This document shows positions 37,269 to 44,858 of a stretch of DNA of 64,000 nt, piece after piece. Source of the DNA: Patescibacteria group bacterium. GTDB lineage: Bacteria > Patescibacteriota > UBA1384 > JBAYJO01. Within the stretch, counting starts at the first letter, position 1. Every line of letters starts with the position of its first letter. The stretch covers positions 83,413 through 147,412 of the forward strand of contig JBAYJO010000002.1 of the NCBI GenBank assembly GCA_041665085.1. Reading direction: 5' to 3'. The notes under the pieces were generated by a model. The model was not told where the DNA came from, made no database searches, and was given only the letters and a program-made list of their open reading frames with translations. The translations under genes and the position numbers were made by a program.

Positions 37269-38348
37269 TTAAACAACCAAATCCCTTAGTCGGTCGTTGG
37301 TACCTTTGGCAAAACCTGCAACTATTGACCACACTAAATTTGCAATATCACATACTATTTTATTTAAAAAGCGCCCAAGTTTGAAATTGCAGGGGTCAGG
37401 ATTGTCTGTTGGAGGGCTTGTAACGGTGTGTCCTACAACAGTGGTAATTTTCACATCAGTATCAGCCGGTTTAGAGTAATCAAATTTTGTAAAATCAATT
37501 AAAACAATATCCGAGGTTGTGCTACCGTCTTTATCATATGTTGCTGAGATTCTGTATGCAACAACATCTGTTCCGGAGACATTATGAGTAAATTTTGTTA
37601 CTGCTTTATCAACTGTGCCGACTTCTCCTAATCTGTCGTTAATATTTGTTCCCGATGCGTCGGGTGCTGTGCCTGATTCGATTTCAAATGATTTGAGATC
37701 AGTTGTGTTGGTTGGTTTGTCCCAGCTTAATTCAACTTTTGCAGCTTTATTGCTATAAGTAGAAACTTTTACTTTAAGATTAAGCGGTCTTCTTGTATCT
37801 AAAGTATCGGTTTGCCCGGATAATCCGCCTTCGGTTGTTTTTATCACGCTTCCACTTGGGGTTGTGGTTCCTTTTGTTGTCATTGTAAGTGTGCCTAGTG
37901 AAACTGTGTATCTATCAACTCCGCAAGCAACTACATTATTTGGATCATTATTTTCATCACGATCATTGTCCGGATTATATGGGTTGTCTTGCCAAGTTTT
38001 TTTACAGATTTTTGAATCACTTACTGAAAAAGACTTAGTAAAATTTTCATAACCAGTTTTTGATAGTTGCAGTTTATAGTTGCCTACAACAGGTGTGTAA
38101 ATTACAAAGCAGTTCGAATCTGTTCCCGGCTCTGAAGTAAAAGAATTGCCGGTAAAGGTGTTTTTGATCTCTTTTGTAGTGCCATCCGGATGAGTTAATT
38201 TTACATCGACTTGTCCCGGTTTTGAATCAAACTTTAAAAAAACCACATTACCTGTCATTGCAGATGCTTTTTCAATATTAATGTTTGAAAATGAAAAAAT
38301 CTGCAAGATGCAGCCTAGACAAATCATTGTACCGATAACTTTTTTCAT
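37269..38348 (-). CDS. Secreted beta-rich protein (PEGA/FN3-like) with the same C-terminal motif (copy B)
   Basis: Signal peptide; GNYKLQLSKTGY, VELSWDKP, YRISA; GGAGG SD. Confidence 0.7.
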   Translation of the reverse strand: MKKVIGTMICLGCILQIFSFSNINIEKASAMTGNVVFLKFDSKPGQVDVKLTHPDGTTKEIKNTFTGNSFTSEPGTDSNCFVIYTPVVGNYKLQLSKTGYENFTKSFSVSDSKICKKTWQDNPYNPDNDRDENNDPNNVVACGVDRYTVSLGTLTMTTKGTTTPSGSVIKTTEGGLSGQTDTLDTRRPLNLKVKVSTYSNKAAKVELSWDKPTNTTDLKSFEIESGTAPDASGTNINDRLGEVGTVDKAVTKFTHNVSGTDVVAYRISATYDKDGSTTSDIVLIDFTKFDYSKPADTDVKITTVVGHTVTSPPTDNPDPCNFKLGRFLNKIVCDIANLVWSIVAGFAKGTNDRLRDLVV

Positions 38349-38372
38349 TCCCCTCCGAGTTATTTTCTTAAA

Positions 38373-38861
38373 CTATTTCTTAGAAAATCCGATAAATTTA
38401 TTATAACATTCTTCAGTTTTTTCAGCATTGCCCTGGTTTTTATAAGCGAGTGAGAGATATTTATAGGTTTCAGGATAAATTGGGTCAATTTTTTTTGCGT
38501 TTTCAAGTGCTTTGATGGCAGAGTCGGCATCATCTGTTTTAAGATAAGCAATTCCTAAGTATAACCATCCATCTCGATAGTTTTCGTCATCTGAAACGGT
38601 TTTTTCAAGAGTAATAAGTGCAAGTTCTGTTTCACCTGTGTTTAATTGTTTAATGCCTTGAATTAAGAATTCATAAGGAGTTTTGTTTTTAGATTCGATA
38701 TTGGTTTTATAGAGATTAATCGTTTCAAGTCTTGTCTGATCGTTTGAAATGATTTTTTGATTTGTGATTTTACTGGAAATAAAAAAATTAATTATAAATA
38801 AAATAAGCCCAAGAGCGATTATTTTTAATAAATTAGGGTGTTTTTGGAAAGTTGTCTTCAT
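38373..38861 (-). CDS. Membrane-anchored TPR protein
   Basis: WLYLGIAY, AIKALENA..DP, YLSLAY TPR repeats. Confidence 0.75.
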   Translation of the reverse strand: MKTTFQKHPNLLKIIALGLILFIINFFISSKITNQKIISNDQTRLETINLYKTNIESKNKTPYEFLIQGIKQLNTGETELALITLEKTVSDDENYRDGWLYLGIAYLKTDDADSAIKALENAKKIDPIYPETYKYLSLAYKNQGNAEKTEECYNKFIGFSKK

Positions 38862-38892
38862 GTTGTTAACAATTTAGTTTTATGTTGAAGAA

Positions 38893-38920
38893 TTAGAAAT
38901 TAGAAATTAGAAATTAGAAA
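38893..38920. repeat. (TTAGAAA)4 tandem repeat
   Basis: Four perfect heptamers; degenerate copies at ~51362-51402. Confidence 0.8.
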
Positions 38921-38927
38921 TTTATGT

Positions 38928-39857
38928 TTATTTTCTTCTCATTTTTTCCACTAGTTTAAAGGCATTATAAGTGAAAGATGATAAGACCATGTCCCATCCT
39001 CCGATTAATTCTATTGTTTTCCCGCCAAATTGTCTTTTAAACTGACTTAATTTTGCGTGCTTGTGATTTTCGTTTTCAACTGGCGCAACTGCGAGCAAAT
39101 CGTAAATTTCAATTCCTTTTGCTTTTGCGTCTTGCATAATGGTCCAATGCATTAGATACGGCGCCATTGCTTGACGCATTTCATTTCCGGAAACACCATA
39201 TAAATAAGATGCGATTTTATTATAAAAAGAAACAATTTCACCGCAAATTGGTTTGTTTTGGTGATATCCAATATATAATGTTCCTATATCGTAGTCGTAA
39301 AGTGTTTTTGTGAGTTTCAAAAAATAACTAAATGGTCTGATGCTAAATTGATCTCTTTTGGCTGTGCTTTTCATTAATTCGTGAAAAGTTTTTAGATTAC
39401 TTTCAAGGTCTTCTTTTTCTATTTTATTTATTTGTATTTCATGTTTTTGGGCAACTTTAATATTGTAACGACCCTTTGGCTTCATATTCATTAAAATTTC
39501 TTCAGTTGATGGTTTTAAATCAATCCATTGCCTGTAGGATGGTTGAATATCTTCAAAGGCTCGAACCCAGTTATTTTTTTCAAATGTGGTTTTTAGCTCT
39601 TCGCTGTATAATTCCAAAGGTTCTATTCTAACAAAAATAGGTTTATATTTTTTGATAAATGGTTTGAGATTTTCGTTTAATTCTTCAAGTGATCCTTGCC
39701 AATTATGCGAAAAAGGTTCTGGAATATAAAAAAAATAGCGATTAAAATATGGTAATTTTTTAGCTAATACTAAAAATGTGCCAGCTTTGAAATAAAACCA
39801 GTCACCGGTTGACGCTTTAAAATCACCCCACTCGGAGGTTTGCAAAATGCTGTGCAT
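38928..39857 (-). CDS. FemABX-family lipid II aminoacyl transferase
   Basis: ILQTSEWG, MKPKGRYNI, YLYG, YLMHW, YDL, FKRQFGG. Confidence 0.88.
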   Translation of the reverse strand: MHSILQTSEWGDFKASTGDWFYFKAGTFLVLAKKLPYFNRYFFYIPEPFSHNWQGSLEELNENLKPFIKKYKPIFVRIEPLELYSEELKTTFEKNNWVRAFEDIQPSYRQWIDLKPSTEEILMNMKPKGRYNIKVAQKHEIQINKIEKEDLESNLKTFHELMKSTAKRDQFSIRPFSYFLKLTKTLYDYDIGTLYIGYHQNKPICGEIVSFYNKIASYLYGVSGNEMRQAMAPYLMHWTIMQDAKAKGIEIYDLLAVAPVENENHKHAKLSQFKRQFGGKTIELIGGWDMVLSSFTYNAFKLVEKMRRK

Positions 39858-39927
39858 ATATTTATTATAAAGTAGTTTGTTATTTTTCTAAAGTTAATTT
39901 TTTTTTAATTATTTTTAAATCAGTTTA

Positions 39928-40125
39928 TGTAAGGGGCTAGGGGCTTCGAGTCTTGAAGCGCGCCCCTTTGCCCCTTACAAACCCCCACCCCCGCACGCCT
40001 GCCTGCCGGCGAGGCAGGCTTTTCAAGGAGCGTCAATAATAATTTACTTTCTTGAAAAATCAAAACTCGCTAGGCTCAAACATTGATTTTTCAAGAAGCA
40101 TAAATTATTTTTTCCTTCCTTGAAA
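39928..40125. repeat. Cluster of nested inverted repeats between divergent genes
   Basis: TGTAAGGGGC...GCCCCTTACA; CCTGCCTGCCGGCGAGGCAGG; TTCTTGAAAAATCAA...TTGATTTTTCAAGAA. Confidence 0.7.
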
Positions 40126-40138
40126 AAATGAATATTGG

Positions 40139-40167
40139 TTGAAATTTATGTCAAAAACAGGTATAAT
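40139..40167 (+). promoter_or_regulatory. Sigma70-type promoter of tsaD
   Basis: TTGAAA-17 nt-TATAAT, 12 nt before ATG. Confidence 0.65.
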
Positions 40168-40179
40168 CTAATTACATTT

Positions 40180-41217
40180 ATGAAAATTTTAGCAATTGAA
40201 TCTAGTTGTGATGAAACTGCGGCCGCAGTTGTTGAAGAGAAAAATGGCAAAATTAATGTTTTGTCTAATTTGGTTTATTCACAAATTGAGATTCATCAAA
40301 AAACTCAAGGTGTTGTACCGGAAGTGGCTGCCAGAGCTCATATTGAAAAAATTTTACCTATAATTGATCAGGCTTTAATTAAAGCAAGTGAAACAAAAAA
40401 TAGTATAGATGCAATTGCAGTTACGTCCGGTCCGGGTCTTGTAGGCTCACTACTTGTTGGGGTTAGCACAGCAAAAGCACTTGCTTCTGTCTGGAAAAAA
40501 CCAATTTTTGGAGTAAATCATTTGGCCGGTCATTTGTACGCCTGTTTTATTGAGAATGATATAAAGTTGCCAGCCGTAGTTTTAACTGCTTCAGGTGGGC
40601 ATACTATGCTTATTTTGGTTGAAAAGATTGGCAAAATTAAAATTCTTGGTGAGACAATTGATGATGCAGCTGGCGAAGCTTTTGATAAGGTGGCGAAGCT
40701 TTTGGGTCTTGGTTATCCGGGTGGACCGGCAATTTCTAAATATGCCGATAAATTTTTGGGTAAAGAACAAAAAATTCATTTTCCGCGTCCACTTATGAAT
40801 TCCGGGGATTATAATTTTTCTTTTTCCGGTCTTAAAACTGCGGTTTTATATGCAATTAAAAAAGATTATCCCGAGATGAATAATTTAACAGATGAATATA
40901 AAGAAGAAGTTGCATATGCGTTTCAAGAAGCGGCTGTTGATGTACTTACTGAAAAAGCATTAAGAGCTGCCGGAGAATACAATGTGAAAACGATTTGTCT
41001 TTCCGGCGGAGTATCAGCCAACACAAGACTTAGAGAAAGAATGGGAGAAAAAGCAAAAGAATTTTCAAGCGATATTGAGGTAATTGTCCCGTCATTTAAA
41101 TATTGCACTGATAATGCGGCTATGATTGGTGCTGCAGCATTGCTTCAAAGAAATATAATCAAGCCAACCACGCATGAACATGTAAAAGCTGATCCAAATT
41201 TTGAGCTTGCAGAGTAG
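40180..41217 (+). CDS. tsaD: tRNA N6-adenosine threonylcarbamoyltransferase
   Basis: ILAIESSCDET, GVVPEVAARAH, NHLAGH, SGGHT, GEAFDK, FSFSGLK, TDNAAMI. Confidence 0.96.
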   Translation: MKILAIESSCDETAAAVVEEKNGKINVLSNLVYSQIEIHQKTQGVVPEVAARAHIEKILPIIDQALIKASETKNSIDAIAVTSGPGLVGSLLVGVSTAKALASVWKKPIFGVNHLAGHLYACFIENDIKLPAVVLTASGGHTMLILVEKIGKIKILGETIDDAAGEAFDKVAKLLGLGYPGGPAISKYADKFLGKEQKIHFPRPLMNSGDYNFSFSGLKTAVLYAIKKDYPEMNNLTDEYKEEVAYAFQEAAVDVLTEKALRAAGEYNVKTICLSGGVSANTRLRERMGEKAKEFSSDIEVIVPSFKYCTDNAAMIGAAALLQRNIIKPTTHEHVKADPNFELAE

Positions 41218-41237
41218 TCGTAGAAATTAATTTTTAC

Positions 41238-41361
41238 GTCATCCCAGACCTGCCTGGCGGCAAGGCAGGCTTGATCTGGGATCCATCTATCTAAATTTGT
41301 ATTATAAACTCTGGATTCCAGCTTTCCGCCTAGGCTCGGCGAGACTGGTCGCTGGAATGAC
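41238..41361. repeat. Paired REP-like elements with inserted hairpin modules
   Basis: 41238-41285 identical to 59837-59884; 41311-41361 near-identical inverse of 51241-51291. Confidence 0.85.
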
Positions 41362-41400
41362 AAGATTGAATTATTAATCTAAAAGATATAAAATTTACTT

Positions 41401-43560
41401 ATGGAACTTGAAAAAGCTTACGATCCAAAAATCGTTGAAGATAAAATTTACAAAAAATGGCAAGATGGCGGATATTTTAAGCCAGAGATTAATCCGGATG
41501 GCGATCCTTTTTGTATTATTATGCCACCTCCAAATGCTAATGGCGCCCTTCATATTGGTCATGCGGTTTTTGTGACCCTTGAAGATATTATGACTCGGTA
41601 TGCAAGGATGCAAGGAAAAGCTGCGCTGTGGCTTCCGGGTGCTGATCATGCTGGTTTTGAAACTCAAGTTGTGTTTGAAAAAAAGCTTGAAAAAGAAGGA
41701 AAAAGCCGTTTTGGAATCGAGAGAGATGAACTATACAAAATGATGTATGATTTTACCCAAGAAAATAAAATTGGAATGGAAAACCAACTTCGCAAACTTG
41801 GTGCCAGTTGCGACTGGGATAGGACAAAATTTACTCTGGATGAAGATATTAAAAAAATTGTTTATAAGACATTTAAAAATTTATATGATGACGGCTTGGT
41901 TTATAGAGCCAAGAAATCAATTAATTGGTGTGTTAAACATCAAACTACGCTTTCTGATTTGGAAATAAAATATGCTCTGAAAAAAGATCCTTTATATTAC
42001 ATAAAATATGGGCCATTAACACTTGCGACTGTAAGACCAGAGACAAAATTTGGTGATACGGCTGTTGCTGTAAATCCAAATGATGCTAGATATAAAGAAT
42101 ACATTGGCAAGGAAATTGAGATTGAAACTGTTTTGGGCAAGGCAAAAATCAAGGTAATTGCAGATGATTATGTTGATCCTAAATTTGGCACAGGCGTTGT
42201 AAAAATTACACCCGCACATGATCCCAACGACTTTGAGATGGCCTTAAGACACGGTTTAGAGGTTCGGGAAGTAATTGATCAATATGGAAAAATGAACGAA
42301 AAGGCCGGTCCTTACGCTGGAATGAAAATTGACGAAGCAAGAGCAATAGTAGTTCTTGATATGCAAAAGAAGGGTCTGATCGAGAAAATTGATCAGGATT
42401 ATACTCACTCGGTTGCTACTTGTTATAAATGCGGTAGAACTATTGAGCCAAGAGTGCTTGAACAATGGTTTGTGGCAGTAAATAAAAAAGGTCAAAAAAC
42501 AGGCAAGAATCTCGCTAAAGATGCAATTCAGGCTGTTAAAGATAAAAAAGTTCAATTTGTTACTAAAAAGTTTGAGAAAATTTATAATCATTGGATGAGT
42601 AATATCAGAGATTGGTGTATCTCAAGACAGATTGTTTGGGGAATCCAAATTCCTGCCTATTACTGTGATTCATGCGGTAAGGACAATCCGATTGTTTCAG
42701 AAATAAAACCTTCAAAATGTCCAAAATGTGGATCTTCAAACCTGACTCAAGACAGTGATGTTTTTGATACCTGGTTTTCTTCTGGTCAGTGGCCATTCGC
42801 TGCTCTTAAAACAACTGGAGATTTTGATAAATTTTATCCAACACAAATTATGGAAACTGCTTGGGATATTTTATTTTTCTGGGTAGCGAGAATGATAATG
42901 ATTGGTTTGTATGAAACTGATAAAGTTCCATTTGAAAAAGTTTATATTCATGGTTTGGTCAGGGATCAGGATAGACAAAAAATGAGTAAATCTAAAGGCA
43001 ATGTAATTGATCCGCTTGGAATTGCAGAGCAGTACGGAACTGATGCGGTTAGAATGGCACTTGTTTTTGGTTCATCAGCTGGAAATGATACTTCTATTTC
43101 TGAAGATAAAATTCGAGGAATGAGAAATTTCGCCAATAAATTGTGGAACATTAGCCGTTTTGTGCTAATTGCACAAAACGAAAACTCAAAACTCAAAACT
43201 CAAAACTCAAAATCACAACTTATAATTCAAAACCTTACAGATAAGGATGCGTGGATTTTAAAGGAGTTAGATCATACGGTAAAAAAAGTAACCAAATATT
43301 TTGATAATTTTAAATATTCTCAAGCAGGTGAAGAAATTTATGAGTTTGTTTGGCACAAATTTGCTGACATCTATCTTGAGAAAGCTAAAGATCAACTGGC
43401 CAATGAGAAGTTAAAAGAAAATACCCAGGCAATATTATTATCAGTTTTGAAAGATACATTAAAAATACTCCACCCTATCATGCCGTTTGTAACTGAAGAA
43501 ATTTGGTCTAAATTACCGGGAAACAAAGAAATGTTAATTGTCGAAAGTTGGAAAAAATGA
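41401..43560 (+). CDS. valS: Valine--tRNA ligase (lacks C-terminal coiled-coil arm)
   Basis: PPPN..LHIGHA, TVRPET, DWCISRQ, DTWFSS, KMSKS. Confidence 0.95.
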   Translation: MELEKAYDPKIVEDKIYKKWQDGGYFKPEINPDGDPFCIIMPPPNANGALHIGHAVFVTLEDIMTRYARMQGKAALWLPGADHAGFETQVVFEKKLEKEGKSRFGIERDELYKMMYDFTQENKIGMENQLRKLGASCDWDRTKFTLDEDIKKIVYKTFKNLYDDGLVYRAKKSINWCVKHQTTLSDLEIKYALKKDPLYYIKYGPLTLATVRPETKFGDTAVAVNPNDARYKEYIGKEIEIETVLGKAKIKVIADDYVDPKFGTGVVKITPAHDPNDFEMALRHGLEVREVIDQYGKMNEKAGPYAGMKIDEARAIVVLDMQKKGLIEKIDQDYTHSVATCYKCGRTIEPRVLEQWFVAVNKKGQKTGKNLAKDAIQAVKDKKVQFVTKKFEKIYNHWMSNIRDWCISRQIVWGIQIPAYYCDSCGKDNPIVSEIKPSKCPKCGSSNLTQDSDVFDTWFSSGQWPFAALKTTGDFDKFYPTQIMETAWDILFFWVARMIMIGLYETDKVPFEKVYIHGLVRDQDRQKMSKSKGNVIDPLGIAEQYGTDAVRMALVFGSSAGNDTSISEDKIRGMRNFANKLWNISRFVLIAQNENSKLKTQNSKSQLIIQNLTDKDAWILKELDHTVKKVTKYFDNFKYSQAGEEIYEFVWHKFADIYLEKAKDQLANEKLKENTQAILLSVLKDTLKILHPIMPFVTEEIWSKLPGNKEMLIVESWKK

Positions 43561-44858
43561 AAACAATAAAACGTTTTTTTAAAAAATTTATTTCAAGAGA
43601 TTTTTTAATCTGGACACATAAGTTGAGAGGTGCTGTTGCGGCTGCAATGTATAATTTTCCAGCCAAATCAATGATTGTAATCGGAGTTACCGGAACTGCA
43701 GGAAAAACTACCACATGTAATTTAATTGCTGATATTTTGTCAAAATCAGGTAAATCTGTAGCCATGGCTACAACAGTGAACTTTCGAATTGGCGATAAGA
43801 TTTGGCCAAACAATACCAAAATGACAACTGTGTCTCCAATGGCTTTGCAATCATTTATAGCTAAAGCCGTATCTCAAAAATGTGAGTATTTAGTGCTTGA
43901 AACAAGTTCTCATGCTATCGATCAGTATCGTAACTGGGGCATATCTTATCACACTGTATTATTTACTAATTTATCTCATGAGCATTTGGATTATCATCAC
44001 AGCATGCAGGAATATAAAGAAGTTAAAGGGCGACTTTTTGCAAACAATCCTGAAACGATAATTGTAAATGCCGATGATAAGGTTTCAGATTATTTTTTAG
44101 ATTTTAAAGCAAAACATAAAATTACATATGGTTTGAATAAAGCGGATGTAAGTGCTAAAAAAATACTCTCTGATGCTAAGAGCAGTTTATTTACTCTGGT
44201 TGCTTCAGATTCGCAAATTGCGATTGAGCTGCCGCTTACTGGTAAGTTTAATATTTACAACGCAATTGCTGCTGCTTCAGTTGGATTGTCGTTTAATATT
44301 AGTTTAAATGATATTAAGTCTGCACTTGAAGCAACTGGTGGCGTGTCCGGTAGGATGGAGCGGGTTGATATGGGTCAAAACTTTGAGGTTATAGTTGATT
44401 TTGCTCATACGCCTGATGAACTTCAAAATGTTTATGAAACATTAAAGAGTGTTTGTAGATCAGAAATGATTGCTGTTCTTGGATCAATGGGTGAAAGAGA
44501 TAGGACTAAAAGACCGGTGATGGGAGCTTTGGCAGGAAGATTTGCCAATACTGTAATTATTACAAATGAAGATCCAGTTAATGAAGATCCAATTCAAATT
44601 ATTGAAGAAGTGGCAAAAGGAGTGCCAAGGGGTGCGAGCAAGGATCATCCTATGGTGGAGAATAAAAATTTCTTTAAAATCGTTGATAGAAGAGAAGCGA
44701 TTGCAAAAGCATTTTCACTTGCAAAGGCAAGAGATATTGTTATTTTAACAGGTAAGGGCGGTGAACATGTGATGGCAATTGGTGATGAAAAAATCCCATG
44801 GGATGAGGTTGAGATTGTTCGAGAGGAACTTAAAAAACTGTTAGGCAAAACGAGATGA
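43557..44858 (+). CDS. murE: UDP-MurNAc-tripeptide synthetase
   Basis: GVTGTAGKTTT, LETSSH, TNLSHEHLDYH, DFAHTPD, RDRTKRPVMG, GKG. Confidence 0.92.
   Translation: MKTIKRFFKKFISRDFLIWTHKLRGAVAAAMYNFPAKSMIVIGVTGTAGKTTTCNLIADILSKSGKSVAMATTVNFRIGDKIWPNNTKMTTVSPMALQSFIAKAVSQKCEYLVLETSSHAIDQYRNWGISYHTVLFTNLSHEHLDYHHSMQEYKEVKGRLFANNPETIIVNADDKVSDYFLDFKAKHKITYGLNKADVSAKKILSDAKSSLFTLVASDSQIAIELPLTGKFNIYNAIAAASVGLSFNISLNDIKSALEATGGVSGRMERVDMGQNFEVIVDFAHTPDELQNVYETLKSVCRSEMIAVLGSMGERDRTKRPVMGALAGRFANTVIITNEDPVNEDPIQIIEEVAKGVPRGASKDHPMVENKNFFKIVDRREAIAKAFSLAKARDIVILTGKGGEHVMAIGDEKIPWDEVEIVREELKKLLGKTR

Noticed and set aside
16218-38348. ICE or conjugative plasmid insertion
   Set aside because: No integrase, relaxase or att repeats; composition resembles flanking housekeeping genes
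41401-43560. valS as truncated pseudogene
   Set aside because: HIGH and KMSKS intact, stop overlaps murE start; short ValS lacking the coiled-coil arm is a known form
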